Source: Podarcis cretensis
Lineage: Eukaryota
Direction of reading: 5' to 3'
Length of the DNA: 64,000 bases
Assembly: GCA_951804945.1 (NCBI GenBank)
Contig: OX638157.1
Location: forward strand, 30,256,001-30,320,000
The stretch's first letter is position 1. Each line of letters opens with the position of its first letter. Positions 43,372 through 56,400 of this stretch are shown piece after piece. A model generated the notes under the pieces. The model saw only the letters and a list, made by a program, of their open reading frames with translations, searched no databases and was not told the DNA's origin. Position numbers and translations under genes: made by a program.

Positions 43372-46300
43372 CCCACCCTCCCCAGCCAAGGCCAGGCTCA
43401 GGGCGGCTAACAAGCAATAATAAAAACAAGATTAATGATCACAACTTAAAAACAAGATTAAAATACAACATTAAAATATTGAAACATTAATAGGAGGAGA
43501 AAGGAAAAAGAAAAAAGAAAGAGGGGGAGGGAATCAAATTGGCTGCAAGCCAAAGGCCAGGTGGAACAACTCTACCTTACAGGTCCTGCAGAAAGAAATC
43601 AGATCCTGCAGGGCCCTGGTCTCATGAGGCAGAGCGATCCACCAGGCCGGAGCCAGTGTTGAAAAGGCCCTGGCTCTGGTTGAAGCTAATCTAACTTCCT
43701 TAGGGCCCGGGACCACTAGGGTGTTGCTATTTGTGCACCTTGAGGCTCTCCGTGGGGCATACCGGGAGAGGCGGTCCCGTAGGTAGTAGTGACTGTGAGA
43801 ACTCTGACTTTCACCTGATTGCCCTGATCAGTTATTATTGCTTGCTATTAGCATTTATTTAGGCAACAAAAGCACTTGAATTGTAAATATGTTTGCTGAT
43901 GGTACAAATGAAGTTTAAGAAACGACTCAAATATTTCCTTTTCATTTAAAAGGGGTGTTGTTGAAGAAAATCCAAACAGTACCGAAACGAGGAGAAGCTC
44001 TGTAACTTTTGACAAGTATGTCCATACCAATAAGATGCAGCCTCAGTCTTCTGGTTCTCTGAGATCAAATGCTGGAGCAGAGAAAGGAAAAGAAATTGCA
44101 GCAAAGCTTAATATTCACCGTATTCATGGGCAGCTCAGGGGCCTTGATACAGCAGGTAAACTTGCTTGTAATCCTAGTTTCAAAGAGTTTCCGCTACAAA
44201 ACACTTATCAGAACTGCATTACCTATTTCTTGTTAAAATTTACTCATTCAAGCAAATTTTCACTGTTGGAATAACATATAGCCATAGCACAATGGCCTAA
44301 AATGTGCACTGCTCTAGTCTTATGTTTTGAACTGTATCTGCATTCCCACAAATGAAATAAATAACATTTTACTGGACAGCTATACTGATATCAACAATAT
44401 TTTCCTCCCTGCAGATATTGGGACCTGTGCCATAACAGCGATCCCTTTTGAAAAATCAAAAGTCCTTTTCACATTGGAAGAGTTGGACGACTTTTCATTT
44501 GTAGATGAAACGGATCATCAGGCAGTTCCAGATGTAACACGGATAGGTCCCAGCCAAGAGAAATGGGGCTGGATAATGTTTGAGTGTGGAATCGAAAATT
44601 TGACAATAAAAGGTAAAGCAACATATTGGACCATTTCTTTTGTGCCCTATCATAATAAAGTGAGCAAACCAACATTTCCCTCTTTCTTATACTTCTAGGT
44701 GGCAGACAGTCGGGTGCTGTTTTATATAGTACATTTGGGAATATGGGTAAATCTTCAGCTGCAGAAAGGGGTGGATTGCTTGCATCCAACAATTCTTCTG
44801 ATTCTCCAACTGGTAGTGGTTACAATACTGATGTCTCTGACGAAAATCTCCCCTGTGATCAGTTAAGTGCTGCATCAGACACTCATCCAAATTCCATTTC
44901 AGATGAGCAGGTGAGACATGTTTTCTTTTTTCTTTGTATACATATATACACATATATACATATATACTGATTTTGACAAAGTAATAATCATAAATAAATA
45001 ACCTCTTGCGATGGTTTGACCCCTTTACATTTTAACAGTACAAGGCATGTTTTCTAATGTTCTTTTTGGTAGCAACACATTTTCTTATTTGCTAAATGGA
45101 TCTGATTTTCCTGTCATTGCTCACTTTGGATGCATCCCACTGGGAAAGCATGCAATCCACAAGCACTTTCAGAATATTTTAAAGAACTGGAAGCATTTCT
45201 TCCATTCTGAAAAGCAAATTTATCTTGCACCTTTCTTTCTTCTCTCTTCCCTTTATCTTTTTTATATAGGATGAAGGGGTTGAATCAGATGATCTGAAAA
45301 AAGACCACCCTCTAAGGCCACCTCCACCTGATTCTTGTAGCATGAAATTGACAATCAAAGAAATTTGGTTCAGTTTTGCTGCTCCTACAAATGTGCGTTC
45401 ACCTGCCCATATATTTTCAAGGTACGGTGGTTTCCGCTTTAGAGTATTCAGACTGCGTACTATAGTCTTTTAGGCCAAACCACATGGTATGTTAGCTATG
45501 TATCTTTGCCTTGAAGTACAGGGTTCCCCCCCCTCCATATACACAAATGGGGGCCCTGATGTGCTCTCAGTCCAGATGAGTCTCCCCTCAGTGTCTATAA
45601 TTTGTATTGGGTGGGGGAACTCTCCAACTCCCAGTTAAACCTTTCTTCCTATGCAAATTGCAGGCATTCTAGATCAGGATCCTAGCAGGAAGCAAAGAGT
45701 TACTTTGTCCATGGTAGGGTCTTGATCCAGATCAAGCTCCTCGCCTGAGTTTTCTGAGCTGAGGAGCTTTCACTTCAACTGTTGCAGTAGGTAGTTATTG
45801 TCATAACAAAGGTCTACTTAACGATTACTTCAGTTCATAATTATCCAGATTTGGCATTGCTCGCTAGCATTGTCTCCTTGATCTGCATTGCTAAGTCTAT
45901 AATAAACTTTTGGAACTTAACATGCTTTATATGAGCTGGCTTTTGATTGGGTTCCTAATACTAGGTTTCAACGCTACCAGGGTTGTTGGTGTTTATGGAA
46001 AAACAATTAAACCTTTCAAGTGTACAGTTAAAGAATATTTAAATGGAAATTCCATATTCAATCACCAGAGTTGCTACTAAGGAAGGTGAAAGTATCCTTT
46101 TATATCTGATTTTTTCCCCCAACAGGCAGCTGAACCTTCTAAGCACAGCAACTCCTGCTGTTGGTGCTTGGCTTCTTCCTATTGATCAAGTGAAGTCCTC
46201 CTTAAACAAATTAGAAACAGAAGGAACACTACGGGTTTGTGCTGTCATGGGCTGTATAATGACCGAAGCCTTAGAGGTGGGTGTGTTGCTGATGAATAAA

Positions 46301-49300
46301 CAATTAAGTGTATCACTACTTCCTTTAAAAGTGGTTTAGTTTTCAAAAGTGTGTTGGCAGGCCCTTCTGGGTTCATAGTTGCAAACACTTCTTAGCCCAG
46401 TATAGTTTTCCTAGCCTGTTCCTTTGGAATACATGGAATAACCTCTTGGAGGACAAACAGAATGCAAATGTGAATATTATAATGCCAATCTGGAAATGGA
46501 TATTAATATTGATATTGGCATCTTTGCATTTTAAAAATAATTGTACTTCTACATTCAAATACCTGAACCTTGGAAAGTACTGGAACAGTGCTGAATGCTT
46601 TTTTCTGGCCTGATATTAACACTTCTACAGTCCTTCTGCATGTGGCTTTGAACTAGTTGTTTACCTTACAGTAGTTATTTCTAGCCCTAATATTTCATTA
46701 GTAGGCTATCATATGAAACCAGGCCAAAACATTACTCGATATAGCATTACATTTTCCATGCATCTCAAATTGTTATTAGGGTGATCCTTGCAGAAACAGA
46801 ATGAATGTTTTTTGGTGCTCAGGTGACTTGTATTTTAATTTATTCTGATTGCATAATGATTTTCATTACTAATTGCAGTACTTGAGTACTTAGTATTTTG
46901 TCGTATACTGATGTGGCTGTGGTAGAAGATGAATACTAGACATGCAACTGAAGAGACTGAAAGACTAGGGATTTGTACTCGACAAAAATTGTGGGTTCAT
47001 AAAACATGTTGTTAGGTTTATTTGTTTTCTGTAGTTTTCATATAATGTGAAATGCATAAGAAGTTAGGTTTTTTCAACCTTCTGTTTTAACATCAATCAA
47101 AAATAATGAAATATTACAATGTTGCTAAAATGGTAATGCCTTTAAATAGTAAAATCCTAATATAATTCTGCATCTAGGTTTTGGTATATGCACAATATGT
47201 GCAGGCCTGGTGCTAGATTTGTAATGTGTTGTGTATTGATGTATTCTGATGTATTGAATCAGTGAATTTAATAAATGTAACCACTTTTATATGTTCAGAA
47301 CAAAAGCATACACTTTCCTTTAAGAAGCAAGTACAACAGACTCACTAAATTAGCCCGTTACCTACAAGAAAATCCTTCTTGTTTGCTGTGTAATATACTG
47401 CACCACTATCTTCATCAAGCAAACTATTCCATCATTGAAGATGCAACTATGGTAAGCTAATTTGTCATGTGTTTACAAATGTATTTAAGTGGAAATTATT
47501 TTCTTAAATTTCCTAGCCAAACCTGTATGTTTTCAAGTGTCTGAATTGCTTTGGCCATAAAGTGTTCAGTTGAAATAGCACAGAGACGTTAATGTGGTAA
47601 GATAAAAGAAAAAAATAAACCTTGTTTTCTTTTAATAAAATCAAGAACTTGAAGGTCCATCCCAGGTGGGCTGTTGTGGGCTAGCTGGTAGAATCTGTTG
47701 TCTGAAAGAAGTATGGGTTGGCTCCTTGCATACCCTGGTTGGGTCCTCCTTTTACAGGCTAAAAGGAGTTCCTATTTTTGAATTTGTTTTTCGAATGTAC
47801 TATGTGTTTGTCTTCTAGAGCGATGGCCTTCCTGCTCTGGTGACGTTAAAGAAAGGTCTCATTGCGCTTGCTAGACAGTGGATGAAATTCATTGTGGTAA
47901 CGCCAGCCTTCAAAGGGGTGAGTTTACATAGGCCAGCTCAGCCAATGAAACTCCAGTCAACTGTACACCATGAGCAAGAGGATGGCTTTGGCCTAGACAA
48001 TGGAGGTGGTCTTCAAAGTGACACGAGTGCTGACGGAGCAGAATTTGAGTTCGATGCAGGTATCTTTGTATTTCAACTACACTTTCTCAGCTTAACTTGC
48101 TTCTGTAAATGTACTGTGTTAAACTTTTCTTTTTCTTCTTTCTTCTTTCCCACTTCATACACATCTTCTTATTTAATGACTATCAGTTGCACAAGCACAC
48201 ATTGGGTTTTGTTTTCTTTAAGCTAATCTACTTTGCTTTGGGAATAAATAATAATAATTGCTTCTGTCTTTTCCTTCTGTGTGCTATTGCATTTTTCATT
48301 ATGGAATGGAATGCTTAAGGCTAGTATATATGTTCCTTGCTTATCCTTAGATAAGGTACTCAACTTAGTTGCTTCACAAGCTGAACTTATAGCCTCTAAT
48401 ACAGAAATAGTTAACCTTTTGGGCTACATTCACCTTTGGCCAGCCTTCTGTGGGCTGCATGGCAGCAGTAGGTGTAACTATGCTGCACTCAACGTGCACA
48501 CACAGGATGTGCAAACAGGACAGAAGACACTCAGGCAGATACACAGATATACAGACACACAGACTCTTCCTCTGATCAATTGAGATGGAGAACTTATGAT
48601 TCCCTGCCCACTCATTAAATGATTGATTTGAAGACTGAAAATTTGCATCCCCGTCAGGACGCTGACTGGGTGAAAAGATGTAAGCCCCCAAACTGTGTCT
48701 ACTTAATACTTTTCATTTTTGCTACCAGAATTTGTGATCTTGGAGGGCCAGAAAAAATTGCTTGTGGGCTGAATCAGGCCCCCAAGCAATTAAGAATCAA
48801 TGAGATCTTAGTGTGTAATACTTTAAAACATGGTTAGCATGGACAGTAAGTTCAGTTACATATCTGCTATTGCATTTCTTCTTGCAAATTTATCAAACAT
48901 ATTTTGATTTCAACCTACACAGAAGTGTTGTCTGTGCCACGTGGAATTAATTAGTAGTGGTTGTGCAGTCTTCGTCTATTCAGGTATTCCTTTCTCCACA
49001 CAATTATCATTGCATACAGAGATAAGCATGTTCTTCCCATCCCTTTCATCCCTGCTTCTTTTGCCCTACATGAGTTGGAGGGTGACTGCAGCCGGAAGCG
49101 TATTTTAATTGTGTAGGATCCTCAAGTATTTTAAAATCTTGGTTATCCCGGGTTCTAGAATGTGATGGACCTACATGAGAAGAGCCAGTTCCCTGCTGCA
49201 GACAGTTGCTCTACAGTTTATACAGGGAGGTGGACGGTTGGGTGAATTTTCTTGTCTCTGCTGTCTCCTGTCCACATTGTTTGTGGCATGGAGAAAGGAA

Positions 49301-50456
49301 CACTTGGAAGAGGGCTCTTGTGTTAGGGAAAACTAGGGGGCGGGGAAATTAATCAAAACGTTTAGAAATGGACAACTATGCTAGAGTGTGCAAGTTGGCA
49401 GCAAATATTACTCTTTGGAAGCAAGTACATACTTTAGTATCGGCAGCACCTTCTGAAGCTTTTTAGCCCAACAAGAAAGAAAATATTGCAGTTCTGAACA
49501 CTAGTCTTGTTACCATTATGTAACTATATTGAATTACAATTTTGCTTCCCACACAACTATTGAAAAACGTGTGTATTAGAAAAGACTCAACAAATCGATA
49601 TTTGTGGTTCTTAGTAATTTTGCTGTATCTTAAGTACAATATGAAAAACACTCTAATAATGCTGCTACATAAAGCTTTTCACTTAGATTGCCATAAATTG
49701 ACAAAGAAGATCTTGATGCAAAGGCAATTGTGAAAAGAGCATACAAATGGAAAACTACTTTATAGTTGTGGCAAAGAGACAAGGAAAGAAATGGATGTGA
49801 ACAGCTCAGTCTTCAGAAATGCATTATACTCTTTGAAATGTCAACAGGCCCACGTTTTAGGGTCTCAAATTGGGTTTAAATCACATGTCTGCAATTCTGT
49901 GTACCAGATGTAAATGAGCACTTACAGGGCAGCCTAGTAATAAGCATCCTCAATAACCAATAGCCTTGGCTACATTTCTCCTATAATTAATCCATGCAAC
50001 TGTTGGATGTTTCAGCCACTGTCAGTGAACATACAATGCTTCTGGAAGGAACTGGTGCCCGCCCCCCGCCCGCTGGTGTTTCTTCTGGTCCTGTGACAGG
50101 GGCTGAGATTATGAGGAAATTATCCAAGACTCATACACATAGTGATTCTGGTCTTAAAATAAAGGTAAAACTGCTTTATTCTTAAAATGAGGAGGAGATC
50201 GGATATAAAGCAAGCCACTTTGTGCAGTGCCTTCCCCCGGCATCAAATGTAGCTTCATGAAGGTTTCACAGAGAGGAGGTGATTCAGAAAACCATACTCT
50301 GAAGCTCTTCTCCATTCTTTAAAGCGGGTGAGGGCTGTGGGGTGAGTGTGATGAAATATGCAAGCAGGTGGGTAAGGTGTAAAGGGGTGGGGGTTGGTCA
50401 TGTGTAAAGAGAGGACGGGTTGGCAAAGGTGTTGTGGCAAGCAGAGTGACAAAAGA

Positions 50457-50495
<39 letters not shown>

Positions 50496-53400
50496 ATTAC
50501 CATCTGATCTTAACTGTGTTTACTGAGAATTCAGACCTACTGATGTCTGGCTATGTCTTGGGCTGCTATCCAAGCTATGCTTTGGGCTGTAATTTACAGG
50601 AATTGACGCTTCCTCTGGTTCTAATTGGTGTGACTTGTACATAAATAAACATGTGCTGGAGCTGACTTATGGTGGACTTACTGCGATGCCTATGTTTACA
50701 TTTCAGGGTATCCATCCATATCACTCCCTGAGCTACACTAGTGGAGATACAGCTACAGACTCTCCGGTACATGCTGGTCGTTCTGGGCTGCTTACCAAAG
50801 AAAGTCCAAGAAAAGAGAGCCTACTCAGCTACTTGACAGGAAGCTTTCCTAGCCTACACAATCTCTTGGAAGGGACCCCTCAAAGAAGTGCTGCAGCCCC
50901 TAAAAGTAGTTCTTTAACAAGAGCAGGTACAGAATGCTTGTAGTATGGTTCAGTTCTAGCCGTGAAAGCGTTGACTGATAGCTTAATTTCACAAAATTGA
51001 TGTTGCCCTACTTGTTGCCTTCCAATAGCCCAGACACTAAGGTTGATGTTATTTCCTCAAGTGTAAGATGTCCTCAGATGGGATGTATGCTACGAGTGCT
51101 TGAAGGCAGGAACACTGTTGTTTCAAAGGACACACTCATTATCTCTGAAGCCTCATTCTTGTCTTTTCTTGAAAGTGGACAGTGAATTCCACTCTTTCTC
51201 TTCCTTCTCTCTTCCTCAGGTGTCTAAATTTTTGTGTCTGCTGTTTGTGCATAGTTCAGATAGTAGTGTGTATTTTTATTATTATTAATTATTATTAGTT
51301 ATAGGGAGCAGGTGGTGCTGTGGTCAAAACCACTGAGCCTCTTGGGCTTGCCGATTGGAAGGTCAGCGGTTTGAATCCACACGACGGGGTGAGCTTCCAT
51401 TGCTCTGTCCCAGCTTCTGCCAACCTAGCAGTTCAAAAGTATGCCAATGCAAGTAGATAAATAGATACTCCTGTGGTGGGAAGCTAAATGGCTAAATGTT
51501 AACTCAGTGAGAGGTATGGGCAAATGACTTCTTCCCTCCTCTTCATTCCCAAATTGTGATATTTTTATTTAACAAGAGCTTTCAAGTTGACATTCTCTGT
51601 GTGCTTTGAAATATTTTTCTGTCTGTCAGAAGTTGAAAAATATATCACAAGTATAACTACAGAACCCACGTTTTATGGTACATGAAGTGGTCAGTTGTTA
51701 TTTTATATCCTAGTGAACACCATGCCCTCTGAAATGTTATCTGAACATCCTTTATTATCGGAACCATCTTCTGTGAGTTTCTATAACTGGATGTCAAATG
51801 CTGTGGGCAACAGAGGAAGTGTGGTTCAAGAGTCTCCCGTCACCAAATCTGCACACAATAGTCTGCCAACAGGTACTGATCTGAAATTCAGTGTTTGCTT
51901 GAATGTTGACTATTGTATGCAGTTCTTATGAAATACTTAAGGAGCTGACTGTTTATTTAGAAATAATCTTCTTTGGTTGCTAACTGAATCTGGTAAATTT
52001 CAGGCTGCATGGGCTGCTACATTCAGAAAAAGTAGAAACAAAAGTTGGAGCGAGCTTGTTTTTTCCTGCTCCATAGGGTGGGACTCAAGCCCAATGGCTT
52101 CAAGTTACAATAAATGAGATTCCAGCTAAACATCAGGAAGGTTGTGGACTCTCATTTGAGGTTTTTAAGCAGAGGTTGGATGGTCATCTGTCATAGATGC
52201 TTTAGTTGAGATTCCTTCATTTCAGAAGGTTGGACAAGATGACCCTCAGAATCTCTTCCAACGCTACAATTCTATGATTCTGAGAGTCCTGCTGGATTGA
52301 ATACTGATTTATCCTGTCCAGTATTACATTCCCAGCAGAGCTCACTAGATTCTTCCAGAAACCCACTAGCAGGGCATCCCCCATTGTTTGCTCCCCAACA
52401 TCTGGTTTTCAGAGATATGCCATCTGTGAACATGAAGTTGCTATCAAGGCCATGGGTTGTGAAAAACCAGAATGGCATTTGATTTCCTGAAGAAAGGCCA
52501 GCCATTAATTACTCTTCTCAAAAATAAAAGGGTGTAGACAAAACAGTTATTAGAATCCTAGAACTGTAGAGTTGTAAAGAGACCCTTAGGGTCACTTGAT
52601 ATTTGTGTCAATATGTGTTGCTTTGCCAAATGATTGGAGACTTAAGGCCATTTATCATGCTGTCCTTCTAAACAAAGGTGGCACAGACTCCAGGCACTAA
52701 AGGATACAGTTTTTAAATCTGATTTTCACCAGCTGGAATACAGCTTGCGGGTGGTAATTTTCATACTTCAGTTCCTCCTCCTCTGGCAGTAGGTGATATG
52801 CCAGCTGAAACTGGTGCTGTATCATTAAAATGTCCCTCTTTCCTGACTTGAATTTAGTTCTCCTCTTGCTCAGTAAACTAAACAGTTTTACATATTTTAG
52901 CACTACGTATGCTGCTGGATAATTAACGCAGGAACTATTTTGTAGGGGTAGCTCCAAATCTTCCGACTATACCGTCAGCATCTGACTTCAATACAGTATT
53001 GTCCAGTGATCAGAACACATTGGATGGTACACATTCACAGCACAGTACGAGTCAGGATGATATTGCTGGAATCGAGGAAGGTAACCAGGGATTTCCTGCA
53101 GTTCAACTTGCAGATGCCCAGGTGAGTGTTTTGCCTTTAAAACTGGGGGATAAACTCCTTATCCAAGAAACCAAAGAAGGAGCTAGAATAGTTGCCCCAG
53201 TGTCTAATTATGGTAACATTTTAGCTGCTCCAGTATTTCATTTTCCCCCAGATTCTTTCTCTGACTCAATTTGCAGTGTCTCTCCAGCATCTCGTTATGA
53301 AATGACAACTTTTGAAATCAATAATAATTATATCTTGCCATCCCAGAATAACTGAAGGCATATCACACACTGCTGATATTGGGCCATGAGAGCAGTAGGC

Positions 53401-56400
53401 CACTGAACTGAGGCGAGTCTGGCAGCTCTCCTAAGCAGAGAATGGAAGGCACCTGTGCACATACATAGACAGCATTGATCTAGACCAGTGCTTCCCACTG
53501 CGTGAGCTATAGACCCCTGGGGTGTAGCAGAGTTATCTCACAGGGTTTGCAGATTAAAAGGGCAAGGGGAAAGAGAGAGAGAGATCATGGCCCCTAACTG
53601 TCAGGTATTTTCCTCAGGAGGAGCTGGACAGAAACTGAACATCAGGGGCCTCATCCAAAAATAGGGTGGAGGAGGGAGAGGGTGACTGCTGGCATAAATC
53701 CCACTGTTACCACAGCAATAGCCAGTTCTCATGCCTGGATGATGGGTCTCCTGCAGCAGTGGCAGATGCGCAGGGCAGGTACTGTTTGTGCTAGGCTCTT
53801 TCTGATGTCAGCATGGCAGCGAGGTAGCGAGCCCCCTTTCTTCTTTAACCCTTCCTTAATCCTTCCTTGAAAGGTGGCATTATTCATACCCTCGTGACAG
53901 ACTAACCTGGAGCGAGTGGCTGTGTGGCACAGAGACATCATACAGGGGATGTGGTTCATGGACACTTACACCAACCTGACTCAAAACATGGACCCTCATG
54001 GGCAGGGCAACCACCCATTTTATTGGGGCTGCTTTTTTTATCAAGGTTACTGCCATGTTCTTGAACTTGCCTGTCCTGGACCAACACCTGGTGGAATTCC
54101 CTGGTTCAGGGAGGGAGGGGTTTGTCACAGTCTCCTGCTCAAACGAAGGTTTTTTTGCCATATTATACTCAAATGGAATGGAGAGGGAATTCACATCAAA
54201 GAAAGAGAGGAACAGAGAGCACTTGTGTCTTGAGCCTGGTTTTTACAAATGTATGTTTTTCTTTCTGATTTGGACTACACACTGATTTGAAAACATTATA
54301 TTATTCCGATAATACCGTCATTTTGAAATGCTTAAAGTATGAGAGGTGCTTTTAAGATTGCAGCTATGTTTTCTGCAGGTGCTGAGCAATTTTTATAGCT
54401 CTAAAGAAATAACTTGTTTCTCTTTTTAATAGGTTGTTTTCAAACCACTTCTAAGCCACACAGGAATTCAGTCTCAGGATGCAGCGCCACTGTGCTACAG
54501 GATGTACTTCGGAGAGCATCTTTCATTCTCAGGGACTCTGGATTGCCTTAGGGCAGATATTGTGGATTCAGATACAGCAAAAGAGAGGAGAAGTAAAAGA
54601 GCCCGAAGGTATAGTAGTCAAGTTACATGAATCTATTCAGCATTAAAGAGCATGAACGTATTGCTTAATTACTTCATTCTATTCTGTCTGCTTTCTTTTT
54701 TCTTAACAAGTCAAAAATAATTTAATCCTAGACTTTCAGGAAATTATGAACTGAAAACTAGTTAAGAGTTGAAGTTACAATTGCAGCTTTTAAATTTTAA
54801 CCTTAGAATAGATGTGTTTAAAACATTAGGCTGCTTTGGTGGCTAAAATGCCCATCAACAGAAGCTTATAAGCAAAACAGTGCAAAATTTAAAACTTAGC
54901 ACTTCAAGGCAGTATGTGACACTGAGTTCCTTGAGGGTGTCAGCAATCACATAGATACTTGTATACGTATACAGTCGTACCTCAGAAGTCGAACGGAATC
55001 CGTTCCGGAAGTCCGTTTGACTTCCAAAATGTTCGGAAGCTGCTTCAGACGTTCAGGTTTCAAAGAACGTTCGCAAACAGGAACACTCACTTCCAGGTTT
55101 GCGGTGTTCAGGAGCCAAAACGTTCAAGTTGCAAGGCATTCATCAGCCCAAGGTACAACTGTACTGAATTAGACTATTGGTCTATTTAGCTCAGTATTGT
55201 CTAAACTGATGTATAATTGCTCTCCAGAGTTCAGGCTTTCCTTAAGATGCCAGATATTGAAGCTGGGACCTTCTGTATTCAAAACATTTGCTCTTCCACT
55301 GAACTATGGCTCTTACCTAATATCTTAAACAAAATATACGAAGGGATAGTCTTCAAAAAGAGAATGGTTTTAACATTTAGCTGTTGCAGAATCTTAACAA
55401 TGTTTTGTATTTATTTCTTAGGCAAGGAGCAGTCAATCTTCCTCCCCTTGAATTCAAACCAGCGTTAATGTTGGAAACTTTTAGCATCAGTGCTGTTATA
55501 ATGGAGAAGTCAGTGAGCACACCTCAAAACTCCACCAATGCCCTTGCTTTTCATGACTTTAACAAACGTCATTATAGCACCTTCCATTGCAATTTTACAA
55601 TCTCATGTCAGTCTATAAGCCAGCATGTAGATATGGCACTGGTTCGTCTTATTCATCAGTTCAGTACCATGATAGATGACATCAAAGCTACGCAGACAGA
55701 CATCAAACTCAGCAGATACACGGCTGGTTCAGCTTCTCCAACACCCACCTTCAAAACCCGCAAGCACAGAGATTTCCGTTCCTCTGACTTCAGTCGCAGC
55801 TCTCGCGGGAGTCTCAATGGTGTCAACAGAGTGAACAATGCAAAAAACAAGCGATCAAACAATGAGAACAATAAAAGAGAATCTCGAAACAAAAATTCAC
55901 TTGGGAGATCAGAAAGAAGAACTTCTAAAGTATCCAGGAAAGGTTCAAAAGATGTTGTTGATCATGTGACCATTCATATGGACGACTCTGATTCAATTAC
56001 AGTGTCAGAGCAGAGTGAACCTTCTGCAGAGTGCTGGCAAAATATGTATAAACTGTTGAACTTTTATTCTCTTATATCTGATCCAACAGGGATTTTAGAA
56101 AAATCTTCTGAAACGTTTTATCCAGCAGGTAAGAGTTTTTGAAGATACGGAACATGCGTAATTCTTAGTTCGCACGTATACAGGCTTAATAGGCAAGTCC
56201 TTAATACAGTGTATAATATCTGTATTGAATTTAGCAGAGTATTACTGCAGTAACTGCCCTGATAGCATTTATACATAAGTGTAGCATGTGAATCTTTTGA
56301 TGAATAAAGTAATTGTAGGTTCTGGTCTTGTCAATTTTGCCTAAATACTTCCTGATCTGATGCATTTTCTCGTAGGTGTTCGGAGCCCTACTGAACCTGC

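Noticed and set aside
46092-46100. Perfect U12-type donor GTATCCTTT
   Set aside because: Only 34 nt before the exon 37 acceptor, with no supporting upstream exon; exon 36-37 join is fine as a U2 intron
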